NCBI GenBank assembly: GCA_016194455.1
Contig: JACQBN010000027.1
Span: forward strand, 1-59,745
From: Candidatus Kaiserbacteria bacterium
GTDB taxonomy: Bacteria > Patescibacteriota > Minisyncoccia > Phycocordibacterales > Phycocordibacteraceae
Reading direction: 5' to 3'
DNA: 59,745 nucleotides
The notes under the pieces are model-generated. The model was not told where the DNA came from, did not search any database, and worked only from the letters and a program-made list of their open reading frames with translations. The translations under genes and the position numbers were made by a program. Below, piece after piece: positions 44,537 through 53,274 of the stretch (the stretch's first letter is position 1; each line of letters starts with the position of its first letter).

Positions 44537-45326
44537 ACGAGACCTTCACTTCAACCCTGATCGGCTTGCGGAGCACGGCGAGCATCCGTTCGCGGCGCGG
44601 CTGATTCTTGTGCTTTGCACGAAGTGTTCTCAGATTGCCATCAAAGACAGCGTCCGCGAAGCCCCAATGTTTGGCCTCATCGGCCTCAAGCCAGACGTCG
44701 ATATCCTTGCGGATACCTTCCTCGAGCATGGCGCGAATCTTATGTTCCGGCCACCTCGAGAATTTACCCTGTTCCTTGAGCCGGGCTACGTAGATGCGCA
44801 GCATCATCTCGTAGCATTTGCGGCGCTGCACGTCTTCAGTATCGGCCTCTTGATCGAGGCCATAGAAGCCGTAAGTTCCGCGATGGTACATGTACTGTGC
44901 CGGCGGCCTGATGAGGAATCGATCGGCAGCGAGCGGGATGATCGAAGTCATCGAGCGTGCCCACTTGGTGGCCAAAACGGTGACGGGATTCGGACAGGTC
45001 AGGATCGCCCCAAACATCTTCATCCCCTCGACCCAGTGCCCGCCGCAGGTGGACATCTTAACGAGAATCGGTCGGTCAGGATCAATACCGCTCAAGATAC
45101 TCATATTCATCTCGAAACGATCGGCCATGTTATGTTCGACACCCGGTTCATCCAACGCGTAGTCATCGGGAGGAAAAACCTTCGGGTCTCCGCCGAGATA
45201 TATCGTGAACGAAGGTCGTTCAATTCGGTAATCGTGCACGTCTTCGGGGATGAAATCCCCCCCGAGAGCTTTCTGATGTTCGCCGTCAGATACTTTTATC
45301 CGGCGGCTGGCTTTCTTGCGGTCCAT
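44535..45326 (-). CDS. ClpP/S14-fold serine protease-like protein with about 70-aa N-terminal extension
   Basis: Aligns by eye to ClpP: KMSTCGGHWVEGMKMF vs INSPGGVITAGMSIY, KWARSMTS vs GQAASMGA (Ser), MYHRG vs MIHQP (His), WLEADEAKHWGFADAV vs FLSAPEAVEYGLVDSI. SD GGGAGAG upstream of ATG 45326. Confidence 0.75.
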   Translation of the reverse strand: MDRKKASRRIKVSDGEHQKALGGDFIPEDVHDYRIERPSFTIYLGGDPKVFPPDDYALDEPGVEHNMADRFEMNMSILSGIDPDRPILVKMSTCGGHWVEGMKMFGAILTCPNPVTVLATKWARSMTSIIPLAADRFLIRPPAQYMYHRGTYGFYGLDQEADTEDVQRRKCYEMMLRIYVARLKEQGKFSRWPEHKIRAMLEEGIRKDIDVWLEADEAKHWGFADAVFDGNLRTLRAKHKNQPRRERMLAVLRKPIRVEVKVS

Positions 45327-45422
45327 ACGTCTCTCCCTATCTGAAGCTGGAACTGCGTCCTGTCCGCGAGGATACCACAAGAAAAAGAAAACCGCCTCCC
45401 CGGGTAGGGGAGGCGGTAGAGA

Positions 45423-47414
45423 TTAAGTGGGGCGGACGCGTTCTTCGAACGCTTCCCGCACCGCCTTGTTCGCGGCCCTCATCTGCGATTCGGGAGTTGG
45501 CGTGCCGAGGAAGGTTGTCTCGGTTCGCTTGATTTTCCCGTTCAGGGAACCCACTTTGAGCAGCCCGACGCCGAAGTCCACGATTTTCAGTTTTGTGTTC
45601 TCAAAGTCGCTCTTGTGCTTCAAGGTGCCGACTTGGAGACAGACATGCTGCTGGCCGCATCGCTTCGCTTGGTCGAATTTCCACTCTTCGACCGCTTCCG
45701 CAACATGGAAGTTTGCACCGATAACGATATTCGTATTCGCCATCGTAAGCATCTCTTGCGGACGAATAGAAGTCGTTTTGGTGCGCGACATGTAGGGATG
45801 CAGCATTGCGAGCGAGAGCCCAGACGCGAGCAGATGTCGTTGGTTCGGCTCGAGCCGGATGATGCGGCGGTTGACCAACTGCGCGAGATCCGGGCGATAG
45901 ATTTTGGCCTCGGCAAGCGTCCCGACTACATTCTCCGTCATCAATCGGCGCAATGTATCGCCGAAGGTCGCGAGGGAATTGAAGCCCTCCGGAGCGACCC
46001 ACTCGCAGTGGTTACCTGGGATGTAGAGGAAGGTGGGCAGAGCTTTGAGGATTGACTCCTCGAGGTCTCCGGCCTTCGCCTTCCGGGCATTCCATCGCGC
46101 GCGGAACACGGTCGTCAGCACTTCTGATACTAGGTACGCGGCCAACTTCTCTTGGTTGGTGTAGTTGAACATATACCCATCGCCGTTGAGGATGGCGTTT
46201 TTGAGCATCAAGTCGTGCCTGAGTCCCTCGATAAAGTCGCCCGCGCCGCAGAGAATGTCTGCACCGCTTTCGAGCATGACCTTGGGGACTTCATCGCGGA
46301 AGTACTTCATATCGGTGTCTACACAAGCGGCATGAAGACACCCGAAGCCGAGGATTGAGTCCACCTTCTCGATTTCCTCCACCGGATATTCCAGATCTTG
46401 CTGGAACCAGGGCAGGTAGAAGGTATAGCGCTTTGAATTTTCGTCGCGGATGATCCCTGGCCACGACTTGCTCCGGCGCCGCTCGACGAGCTTGTCGAGT
46501 GCGCGCCCGACGGTAGCTCGAGGCTGTTCGATCAGGTCAGCAAATTGCCCAGCCGTCTGCGGGCCCCGCTCCTTAAGAACGGCCACGAGCTCTTCCTGGA
46601 TCCTGGTTGAATCCGGCGGCGTGTGGATGAGTTCCCACTCTTGGGACACAAGATCCTTAAAGTTGTAGGTGATGAGCGTCGCCTCCTTCGCCTTTTTAGA
46701 ATAGAGGTTAAGGACGCGAATGCCGATCTGATTCTCTGCGGTCCGCGTCTCCGCGATCTTGTAGAGTGCGGGGAGGGAGAAGAAGGGAAGCTTCAACTCG
46801 CTCGCGTCGCCCGGATTGAAGATTGCGGAAGCAAAGCAGCCGACGGTATTGATGTCGCCCATGCCGCGCGTGCCGCGTTTCATTTCGTCCTTCAGCTGTC
46901 GCATGATCGGCGTGCTGAAGTAATCGCCACGCATCCAGACGCCCTTCTTGGGCGCGTAGACGCCGAGGATCAGATTCAGCGGTTTGTCGTTATGCTCGAG
47001 CTCGAAGCGATCGGCACCCGGCCGATAGAGCCGGAGGTCGTCGCGTCGCCGCACGAGCTCGCTCGCGATGCGCTCGCCGATCCAACCGTCATAGGCCGGG
47101 CTCGTCATGATGTAGAGCTTTTTGCCCCAGAGCCGCGGGAACTCTTCAACCAAATGATCGACATGTTCGTCGATGAAATCATCGGTCGCTTCCTCACGGT
47201 GCTTCCGCTTCACGCCGACATGCGCGAGCTTCAGCTGTTCGAGCAAGGACCGAGAGTCCACCAGCCCGCCGGCGAGCACGACGAAATCGACCCCCTCTTC
47301 GGCGAATGTTGTCGCAGCGAGGCGCCACAGCCCCTCACGACATCCTTGACTCCCGTAGTTGAGACCGGACATAAGCCCGATCGACACCAACGGTTCACGT
47401 TTGGTATTTTGCAT
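45423..47414 (-). CDS. 663-aa protein: degenerate calcineurin-like phosphoesterase domain, winged-helix-like segment, and second metallophosphoesterase-like domain
   Basis: C-terminal half has GAGDFIEG (GD), PGNHCEW (GNH), AMLHPY (H), GANFH, but motif I reads GCLH. N-terminal half has IGLMSGLNYGS / LAGGLVDS in the equivalent positions. Central segment ELVAVLKERGPQTAGQFADLIEQPRATVGRALDKLVERR. SD AAGGAGA upstream. Confidence 0.75.
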   Translation of the reverse strand: MQNTKREPLVSIGLMSGLNYGSQGCREGLWRLAATTFAEEGVDFVVLAGGLVDSRSLLEQLKLAHVGVKRKHREEATDDFIDEHVDHLVEEFPRLWGKKLYIMTSPAYDGWIGERIASELVRRRDDLRLYRPGADRFELEHNDKPLNLILGVYAPKKGVWMRGDYFSTPIMRQLKDEMKRGTRGMGDINTVGCFASAIFNPGDASELKLPFFSLPALYKIAETRTAENQIGIRVLNLYSKKAKEATLITYNFKDLVSQEWELIHTPPDSTRIQEELVAVLKERGPQTAGQFADLIEQPRATVGRALDKLVERRRSKSWPGIIRDENSKRYTFYLPWFQQDLEYPVEEIEKVDSILGFGCLHAACVDTDMKYFRDEVPKVMLESGADILCGAGDFIEGLRHDLMLKNAILNGDGYMFNYTNQEKLAAYLVSEVLTTVFRARWNARKAKAGDLEESILKALPTFLYIPGNHCEWVAPEGFNSLATFGDTLRRLMTENVVGTLAEAKIYRPDLAQLVNRRIIRLEPNQRHLLASGLSLAMLHPYMSRTKTTSIRPQEMLTMANTNIVIGANFHVAEAVEEWKFDQAKRCGQQHVCLQVGTLKHKSDFENTKLKIVDFGVGLLKVGSLNGKIKRTETTFLGTPTPESQMRAANKAVREAFEERVRPT

Positions 47415-47473
47415 TGCCTGTCTCCTTTCAAAGAGCAGGGGTTTCTGTCTGCGCGCATCCTACACGTACCGAG

Positions 47474-47517
47474 ATAAAAAGAAAAGCGGTGCCCGTCAGG
47501 GTTGACGGGACACCGCT
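47474..47517 (-). terminator. Intrinsic terminator of the hydrolase gene (contains its stop codon)
   Basis: Minus strand: GCGGTGTCCCGTCA-accc-TGACGGGCACCGC followed by ttttcttttt. Confidence 0.7.
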
Positions 47518-48344
47518 TGTTTGGCCCAAACCACGATAGCGTCCACGACCTGTGGCGCCACCTTCTCCAGCATGGGGAAGTGCCCGCAGGGATAGGAGTG
47601 AAAGGTGGAGGCCTGGCTCTGATGGAGCGCATAGAGCAATCCCGAGGGGACGATGGGATCCCTGATGCCCGCAACGATCAGCGTCGGGCAATGTTTCGCA
47701 CCTTGCGGAAGCGCTATGCCGCGGACGATATCCGCGACGGCCTGCGCCGATTCGGGCACGAGCCGGCCGATCGTATAACTAAGCTGCGGCTCCTCGAGGC
47801 CGGCGAACATCTGGCGGATGAACTTACTCGCGTTCGGGGGCTGTATCTGCCCGCGAGTCTCACGAGCGGTGACACCCCAGCGCGAGAGCCGGAGTGCGAG
47901 CGAGTCCCAGGCGGCCTTGTGCCCCATGCGCGCTCGCGGCAGCGCAGAGGCGACCAAGACTAAGCCGCCGAGAGCTCGGCGGCTCGCCACCATCTGCGCG
48001 ATGAGCCCGCCCATCGAGTGCCCAAGTAGAATGACACGTTCCCGAGCGATACCTGCCTCCTCGAGGAGCTCGAGAACCATCCCTACATCCTCTGTATAGT
48101 CGCTCATCGAGACCGCCCCGAGGAGCTGCCCGGACGGCAGCAGCGAGTCATGGTGTCCGCGCAGATCGAGCGCGAGAGCACCAAGGCCCGCATCCGCGAA
48201 GCGCTCGAGCCAAGGACCGAAGTACCATGCGCCGCCGAACATGCCGTGGACGCACACTATGACCCGTTCGCGCTTCGCGAATCCCCCGAGTGAGGATTCG
48301 GTCAGCATCAGGGCCTGGCGGCCCCATCGTTTGTACTGGACCAT
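47496..48344 (-). CDS. Alpha/beta-fold hydrolase
   Basis: VCVHGMFGG, nucleophile elbow LLGHSMGG, C-terminal His (YPCGHF). SD GGGAGG. Confidence 0.85.
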   Translation of the reverse strand: MVQYKRWGRQALMLTESSLGGFAKRERVIVCVHGMFGGAWYFGPWLERFADAGLGALALDLRGHHDSLLPSGQLLGAVSMSDYTEDVGMVLELLEEAGIARERVILLGHSMGGLIAQMVASRRALGGLVLVASALPRARMGHKAAWDSLALRLSRWGVTARETRGQIQPPNASKFIRQMFAGLEEPQLSYTIGRLVPESAQAVADIVRGIALPQGAKHCPTLIVAGIRDPIVPSGLLYALHQSQASTFHSYPCGHFPMLEKVAPQVVDAIVVWAKQAVSRQP

Positions 48345-48382
48345 ACTTGCCTCCCTTGACGTTGTTCCGCTTACATTCTAGC

Positions 48383-48424
48383 AGAAAACGCAAAGGCGCG
48401 CCCCCCGAAGGGGGCGCGCCTTGC
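48383..48424 (-). terminator. Intrinsic terminator of the cold-shock gene
   Basis: Minus strand: GCAAGGCGCGCCCCC-ttc-GGGGGGCGCGCCTTTGC followed by gttttctgc. Confidence 0.7.
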
Positions 48425-48441
48425 AATACGCCTAGGGCGTA

Positions 48442-48651
48442 TTAGACCTTGTTGACTCCGAGGGCGTTCGGGCCCTTCGGACTCTCACCGATCGTGAACG
48501 AGACCCGGTCTCCCTCCATGAGCTCCGCGAACGTAATGTTCTGGAGCTCGTTCGAGTGGAAGAAGAGATCCTTCGATCCCTCCGGGGCGCCGTCGACTTT
48601 AATAAAGCCAAAGCCTTTCTCGTTCTTCTTGATCACAGTTCCTTGCTGCAT
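48442..48651 (-). CDS. Cold-shock protein (CspA family)
   Basis: KGFGFIKV (RNP1), DLFFHSNE (RNP2-like), 69 aa. Confidence 0.93.
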   Translation of the reverse strand: MQQGTVIKKNEKGFGFIKVDGAPEGSKDLFFHSNELQNITFAELMEGDRVSFTIGESPKGPNALGVNKV

Positions 48652-48752
48652 ATAGTTTTCAAGCAGATAGTTTTTTGCGTAAGATCAATTCAGTTTGCCG
48701 AAGATAGAAGCTCGATCCCACTTCTCTGGATCCAGCACTGGTTGACTCCCCC

Positions 48753-48781
48753 AGGGTAGCATCCCCGCCTCTTCCCGTCAA
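48753..48781 (-). promoter_or_regulatory. Candidate promoter giving an about 95-nt 5' UTR for the cold-shock gene
   Basis: Minus strand: TTGACG, 17-nt spacer, TGCTACCCT. Confidence 0.45.
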
Positions 48782-48785
48782 GCCC

Positions 48786-49262
48786 TTACTCCAGCTCCCT
48801 CTCCATCGCCCGGACATCCTTGCGATCTACGCCGCGCCCGATGAGCGCCTTGTAACGGAGCAAAGTTTTTTCATTGATGAAAGGAAGTGACATCCCATCG
48901 TACTCCATGACCCGGGCGGCGGAGAGATCGGCAGGGAAGTCTACGAACGCTCCAGCATTTTTATCAAAATAGCGCATGTGGCCCAGTGCGCTCACGTCAA
49001 TATTTTGCCCGACGTATTTCATCGTCATCATGTAACACTCCCAGTGTTCATCGCGATACCATCCCGGCCCGAAGGTGAGATATTCTCGCACGCGCGGCAC
49101 GATCTTTTCAAAATTTTCTTGTGGCACGTTGATGTCAATGTCCGCGAGCTCGCGCGGGGAGCCGTAAAGTTCCGCGGCAAGCCCGCCGTCAATCTCGAAC
49201 GGGATTTGCAACTCGTTCAGTATGCCAACGATCCACCGCAGCGCCGTCTCGGTGTGCCTCAT
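48786..49262 (-). CDS. Nucleotidyltransferase-fold protein (aminoglycoside/lincosamide-NT-like minimal NTase)
   Basis: IDGGLAAELYGSPRELADIDINV (GG...D.D pattern of pol-beta-type NTases). Confidence 0.7.
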   Translation of the reverse strand: MRHTETALRWIVGILNELQIPFEIDGGLAAELYGSPRELADIDINVPQENFEKIVPRVREYLTFGPGWYRDEHWECYMMTMKYVGQNIDVSALGHMRYFDKNAGAFVDFPADLSAARVMEYDGMSLPFINEKTLLRYKALIGRGVDRKDVRAMERELE

Positions 49263-49288
49263 GCGCCCAGTATCGCACGAAGCAAATT

Positions 49289-49516
49289 TTACGCCGAGTG
49301 GGCGCGTAGCCAGTCCATTACCTTCTTCCGGTGCAGATCAAGCGACCAGACGCCGCGTCCCTTGAAAAGCCCGGAGTGCGCGCTCCGGAATTGCTCGAGG
49401 AGCGCGGCGGAGGCGCGAGGGAAGGCAAGCGGGAGATTCTCGTTGTAGAGTTTGAGGAATTCCGCAAGCGAGCGAACCTTCTCGCTCCGTAGCCGATCCA
49501 GGTCCGGCGTTCTCAT
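49289..49516 (-). CDS. Hypothetical protein (75 aa)
   Basis: TGGTATACT -10 lies 7 nt before ATG 49516; no recognisable motif. Confidence 0.5.
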   Translation of the reverse strand: MRTPDLDRLRSEKVRSLAEFLKLYNENLPLAFPRASAALLEQFRSAHSGLFKGRGVWSLDLHRKKVMDWLRAHSA

Positions 49517-49582
49517 GCCTCCGAGTATACCATAAAGCCTCAAAAATGTCAGCTCGCCGCTTGAACGTAGTAAGATAGGGGG

Positions 49583-50068
49583 GTGAACAAAGCCGAGGAT
49601 CGTTCATTCGCAGCATTGCGGATCGTCTTCGGGGCCGTGTGGTTCATCGACGCTTCCTTCAAGTGGAGTCCGGCCTTCATCAATAACCTGACGCAGTATC
49701 TGACCGAAGGCGCGCAGGGCCAGCCGGCGCTGGTGCAGGCCTGGATACATCTCTGGGTACAGGGGGTGAGCATTGATCCGCACTTCTTCGCGATTGTGGT
49801 CGCGATCGCCGAGACCGCGATCGCCGTCGGCCTCCTCTTCGGCTTCCTCACCGAGATCGCGATTGCGGGCGGTATCTTGATGACGCTTGTTATCTGGTCG
49901 ACCGCCGAGGGCTTCGGCGGCCCCTACGCGGCGGGCTCGACCGACATCGGCGCGGCGATCATCTATGCCATCGTCTTCGCCGCGCTCTGGCTCGGCCGGT
50001 GCTGGCGTCATTACAGCATCGACTCGTTCTTGAAAAACAAAATCCCCTGGCTCTACTGGCGCTGGTAG
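49583..50068 (+). CDS. DoxX/DoxD-like membrane protein
   Basis: FAALRIVFGAVWFIDASFKW...AIAETAIAVGLLFG; 4 TM helices. GTG start. Confidence 0.65.
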   Translation: MNKAEDRSFAALRIVFGAVWFIDASFKWSPAFINNLTQYLTEGAQGQPALVQAWIHLWVQGVSIDPHFFAIVVAIAETAIAVGLLFGFLTEIAIAGGILMTLVIWSTAEGFGGPYAAGSTDIGAAIIYAIVFAALWLGRCWRHYSIDSFLKNKIPWLYWRW

Positions 50069-50103
50069 TGGGTTAGTATCGCTGGTGTGATAGAATGTCC
50101 TCT

Positions 50104-50592
50104 ATGAAGAAATATCTAGGACTGGGGATTGCTCTCGCTCTGGTTATAACGCCGATCAGTTTCGTATTTGCGGACGAAGGAGAGAGCGGGGGAGGATATC
50201 AGCAGTGGTCCCTCGGGCCGCCGCTGCCGCCCGGGCCTGGCGCACAGATTGAAGAGTCTGCGCAGCCGCAGGATCTCGAGGAGGACGCCAGCTCTACTGG
50301 CGAGGATAACGGGCCATCGGAACTCCGGCCTATGATGCCTCTGGGCCTCATGCACCGAGGTGAACGTAATCAAGAGGCCAGCTCGACCGAGAACGGCTAC
50401 CAGGGCAAAGAACACGGCATCCCCTTCCTTTTCTGGTCCTGGCTCTTTGGGCTTCCCGCGACTACCACGGTGGGCGAGCTCCGCGCAGAGCTCCAGGCCT
50501 CCAGCACCGCAAGCTCGAGTCCGCCTGTCCCAAGAGCAGAGCGATTCTTCCGGCACTTCTTCCGGTTCTTCGGCTTTGGCGGCGGGGACTAA
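50104..50592 (+). CDS. Hypothetical secreted protein
   Basis: Signal peptide MKKYLGLGIALALVITPISFVFA. TGATAGAAT -10 lies 7 nt before ATG 50104. Confidence 0.55.
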   Translation: MKKYLGLGIALALVITPISFVFADEGESGGGYQQWSLGPPLPPGPGAQIEESAQPQDLEEDASSTGEDNGPSELRPMMPLGLMHRGERNQEASSTENGYQGKEHGIPFLFWSWLFGLPATTTVGELRAELQASSTASSSPPVPRAERFFRHFFRFFGFGGGD

Positions 50593-50670
50593 TCCGAATG
50601 AGCGTAGTTGATCGTTGACACCTCGTAGCTGAGGCGTAGACTCCCTGCGGATTGTGAGAGGAACCTTGCG

Positions 50671-51180
50671 ATGGAAACATTCGCTCGTTGGCTCGCCGCG
50701 CCACCTGCGGGGCGTTCTGCGCTCGGGCTTTGGCTCGGGTTCGCCATCCTTGTCTTTGTCATTTGGCTTGGTGTACCCGCCCTTCTTGGAGTTCGTTTTC
50801 CGGTTGAGTACCTTGCCGTTCCATTGTCGTTGAAAAATCTTGCCGTGATGGCAAGCACGTCCTTTGGAGAAGAGTTCGTCTTCCGCGTCCTGCCCGTGAT
50901 GACAGTTCTCTACCTCTTTCCGGGGAGAACCGTCTGGGCACTTTTGGCGGCAATTGTGGTCGCGTATCCCTTCGGGATGTGGCACGACTGGCTCTTCACC
51001 GCGAAGACCTGCCTCGGCCTCGGCGGCATCGTCCTCGCGTTCGCGTATGTGAAGTTCGGAGGGGCGTCAGGCAAGCCCTTCAACGGCTTCCTCGCCTGCG
51101 GCGGTATACATGCCGCCTGTAATCTAGTCGTGGCGGTTGCTGCTCACATCGTCCTCGCCTGGTCCCCCAGCGTTTCCTGA
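50671..51180 (+). CDS. CPBP-family (CAAX/Abi) intramembrane glutamic endopeptidase
   Basis: FGEEFVFRVLP (EExxxR), FGMWH (FxxxH), GGIHAACN (HxxxN). Confidence 0.75.
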   Translation: METFARWLAAPPAGRSALGLWLGFAILVFVIWLGVPALLGVRFPVEYLAVPLSLKNLAVMASTSFGEEFVFRVLPVMTVLYLFPGRTVWALLAAIVVAYPFGMWHDWLFTAKTCLGLGGIVLAFAYVKFGGASGKPFNGFLACGGIHAACNLVVAVAAHIVLAWSPSVS

Positions 51181-51214
51181 AGAATACGCTGCACCCCGCC
51201 CATCGCGGGGCTTT

Positions 51215-51832
51215 TTATGCAATCGATTTTTTTCGCAGAGTTTTCAGCGCTCGAGCAAGGCCCATCAACTCATTAAAAAATGTCGCAACGCGATCTCCGC
51301 TCCAGCCAGCGCGAAGCGGTTTGAAGAGCTCGGGGTCTACCGGCACTTTCTCATTCATGACCGCCTTGTATATTTCGGAAGAAAGATGGATAGCACTTCT
51401 GATCGGATGCATCGAGAGCTCGATAGCCACTTGACGCAGCTGTTCGACTGAACGTGCTCCGAGGGCGCTCCCGTAGCTCACGAACCCGACCAGCTTGTCG
51501 CGCCACTCAACAAATACCCAATCGAGCGCGTTCTTCAGTACCGCGGGATAGCCGTGGTTATATTCCGGCGTGACGATGATATAGCCGTCGGCTTCGCCCA
51601 CCTTCGCAGCCCACTTCTTCCCGAGCTCGTTCGCGTAGTTCCCCCCGTTCATCGAAGGCGACACCGGTTCGTCGAAGAAGGGGAGCGACCAATCGCGCAG
51701 GTCAATAAGCTCGGCCTCCACGCCCTCTTCTTTCTTCAATTCATCAAAAACATATCGAGCAGGCTTCTCGCTGAAGCGATTCTGCCGCGTGCTGCCGACA
51801 ATGACTTGGATTTTGAGCGGATCCTTTTCCAT
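51215..51832 (-). CDS. NAD(P)H-dependent FMN reductase
   Basis: KIQVIVGSTRQNRFS, IIVTPEYNHGYPAVLKNALDW. Confidence 0.85.
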   Translation of the reverse strand: MEKDPLKIQVIVGSTRQNRFSEKPARYVFDELKKEEGVEAELIDLRDWSLPFFDEPVSPSMNGGNYANELGKKWAAKVGEADGYIIVTPEYNHGYPAVLKNALDWVFVEWRDKLVGFVSYGSALGARSVEQLRQVAIELSMHPIRSAIHLSSEIYKAVMNEKVPVDPELFKPLRAGWSGDRVATFFNELMGLARALKTLRKKSIA

Positions 51833-51910
51833 CACGCCCTTCAGTGTATCACGAGTCTTCTGCAGGCTATGAAAAGGGCGGCGGATTTCTCCGCCGCCCA
51901 TCCCGTTCGT

Positions 51911-52321
51911 CTAAAGTTTGATGGTGCCGCCGTTGGTGTTTGGGTTGCCACAATGAGGACAAGGCCCAGCGCCGCCTTCAAAACTCGTGCTGTACTTACC
52001 CTTCACCTCTTTGCGGCCGTTCGCTCTTCCGATTTGGTGATAAGTAAGCGAGTCCCAGTGGTAGCGGCGAGAGCCGTCTGGCATCTGCCAGTACCAACAG
52101 TTCGGACCACACTCAGTCACAAAGGTGATTTTCTTGCCAGCTCGACGAGCCAGTGTGACTTCGCCTGGAATGAAGCGAGCGCCCTTGCTCATATCCTCCG
52201 CGTCGGAACGCGGAAAGAGCGCACCCATATCACCGTCACCGCCTGCCCTGTTGTCCAATGCATTAGCCAAGAAGCCGAAGGCAGCTAATTCGTTCATGTT
52301 TGAATAGCGTTGTCTTGGCAT
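51911..52321 (-). CDS. Hypothetical protein (136 aa) with C-terminal CPHC pair
   Basis: SD GAAAGGATGG upstream; ECGPNCWYW and GPCPHCGNP; no family recognised. Confidence 0.55.
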   Translation of the reverse strand: MPRQRYSNMNELAAFGFLANALDNRAGGDGDMGALFPRSDAEDMSKGARFIPGEVTLARRAGKKITFVTECGPNCWYWQMPDGSRRYHWDSLTYHQIGRANGRKEVKGKYSTSFEGGAGPCPHCGNPNTNGGTIKL

Positions 52322-52464
52322 ACTCTCACCATCCTTTCTGTTGAAGAAACAATAAATTCGTACAGCGGACCAAGACGATCCAGGTCCATTTTCTTATATA
52401 TCACACTACAATAATCCTGTCAAACACAGCTTCACCAGATAGAGAACGCGCGAACCTGTTTGGG

Positions 52465-52493
52465 ACAAAAAAGCCTCGCATCTAGTGCGAGGT
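52465..52493 (-). terminator. Intrinsic terminator
   Basis: Minus strand: CCTCGCA-ctaga-TGCGAGG followed by cttttttg. Confidence 0.65.
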
Positions 52494-52506
52494 TTATGGG
52501 TGCACC

Positions 52507-52743
52507 CTAGTCTCGATAGCCACTTTCTGGAGGATCCGCCCCAAGGGGTCCGAGGTTGGGATCGAAGCGAAAGAGCGTCCCGCAGTAGGGGCAGAGGATA
52601 CAATCGCTCTCGCCGAGCTCCAGATAAACATGCGGATGATCGTGTGGCGGCGAGGCGCCGACGCATTCGAAGGCTCGTACCCCAATGCGGATCTCGGGGA
52701 CACCATCATCGTTTTTAAACTTTGCAAACCGAAGTTCTTCCAT
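52507..52743 (-). CDS. Zinc-finger (zf-CHCC / NDUFS6-like) domain protein
   Basis: PHDHPHVYLELGESDCILCPYCGTLF. Perfect AAGGAG SD 8 nt before ATG 52743. Confidence 0.7.
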   Translation of the reverse strand: MEELRFAKFKNDDGVPEIRIGVRAFECVGASPPHDHPHVYLELGESDCILCPYCGTLFRFDPNLGPLGADPPESGYRD

Positions 52744-52878
52744 CGGATACCACTCCTTGAAGGTTTTTCGATCCAATTCCTTCTGTAGTATATCACGCGG
52801 CAGAATCTACGTGTCGATCTAATATATTCAGGCGGGTTCGAGTCTGTGCGGGATAGAAAGGCGGCCCGTAAGAGTCGC

Positions 52879-53217
52879 CTAGGGCCTTCTCCCTGGCCTG
52901 GGGCTGAAATATTTCTCGAATTTACCCTCCACACCCTGGAATTCCTTCGCGTCGGCGGGAGCCTCTCCGTGCCGGGTAATGTTGGGCCAGATCTTTGCGT
53001 ATTCGGCATTCACGCGGAGCCATTTCTCGAGGCCGGATTCATTGTCAGCTTTGATCGCTTCAACGGGGCATTCCGGCTCGCAGACGCCGCAATCGATGCA
53101 TTCGTCAGGATGGATGACGAGCATGTTCTCGCCCTCATAGAAGCAATCGACCGGGCAAACTTCGACGCAATCCATGAACTTGCACTTGATGCAGACTTCG
53201 GTGATGACATACGTCAT
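52879..53217 (-). CDS. fdxA: 7Fe ferredoxin (3Fe-4S + 4Fe-4S)
   Basis: [29 protein letters not shown]...[12 protein letters not shown]; AAGGAG SD. Confidence 0.9.
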   Translation of the reverse strand: MTYVITEVCIKCKFMDCVEVCPVDCFYEGENMLVIHPDECIDCGVCEPECPVEAIKADNESGLEKWLRVNAEYAKIWPNITRHGEAPADAKEFQGVEGKFEKYFSPRPGRRP

Positions 53218-53274
53218 GCTGGATACTCCTTTTCGTTTCCACCGCAACTCTAACGCTTTTAACAAAACGACGCA

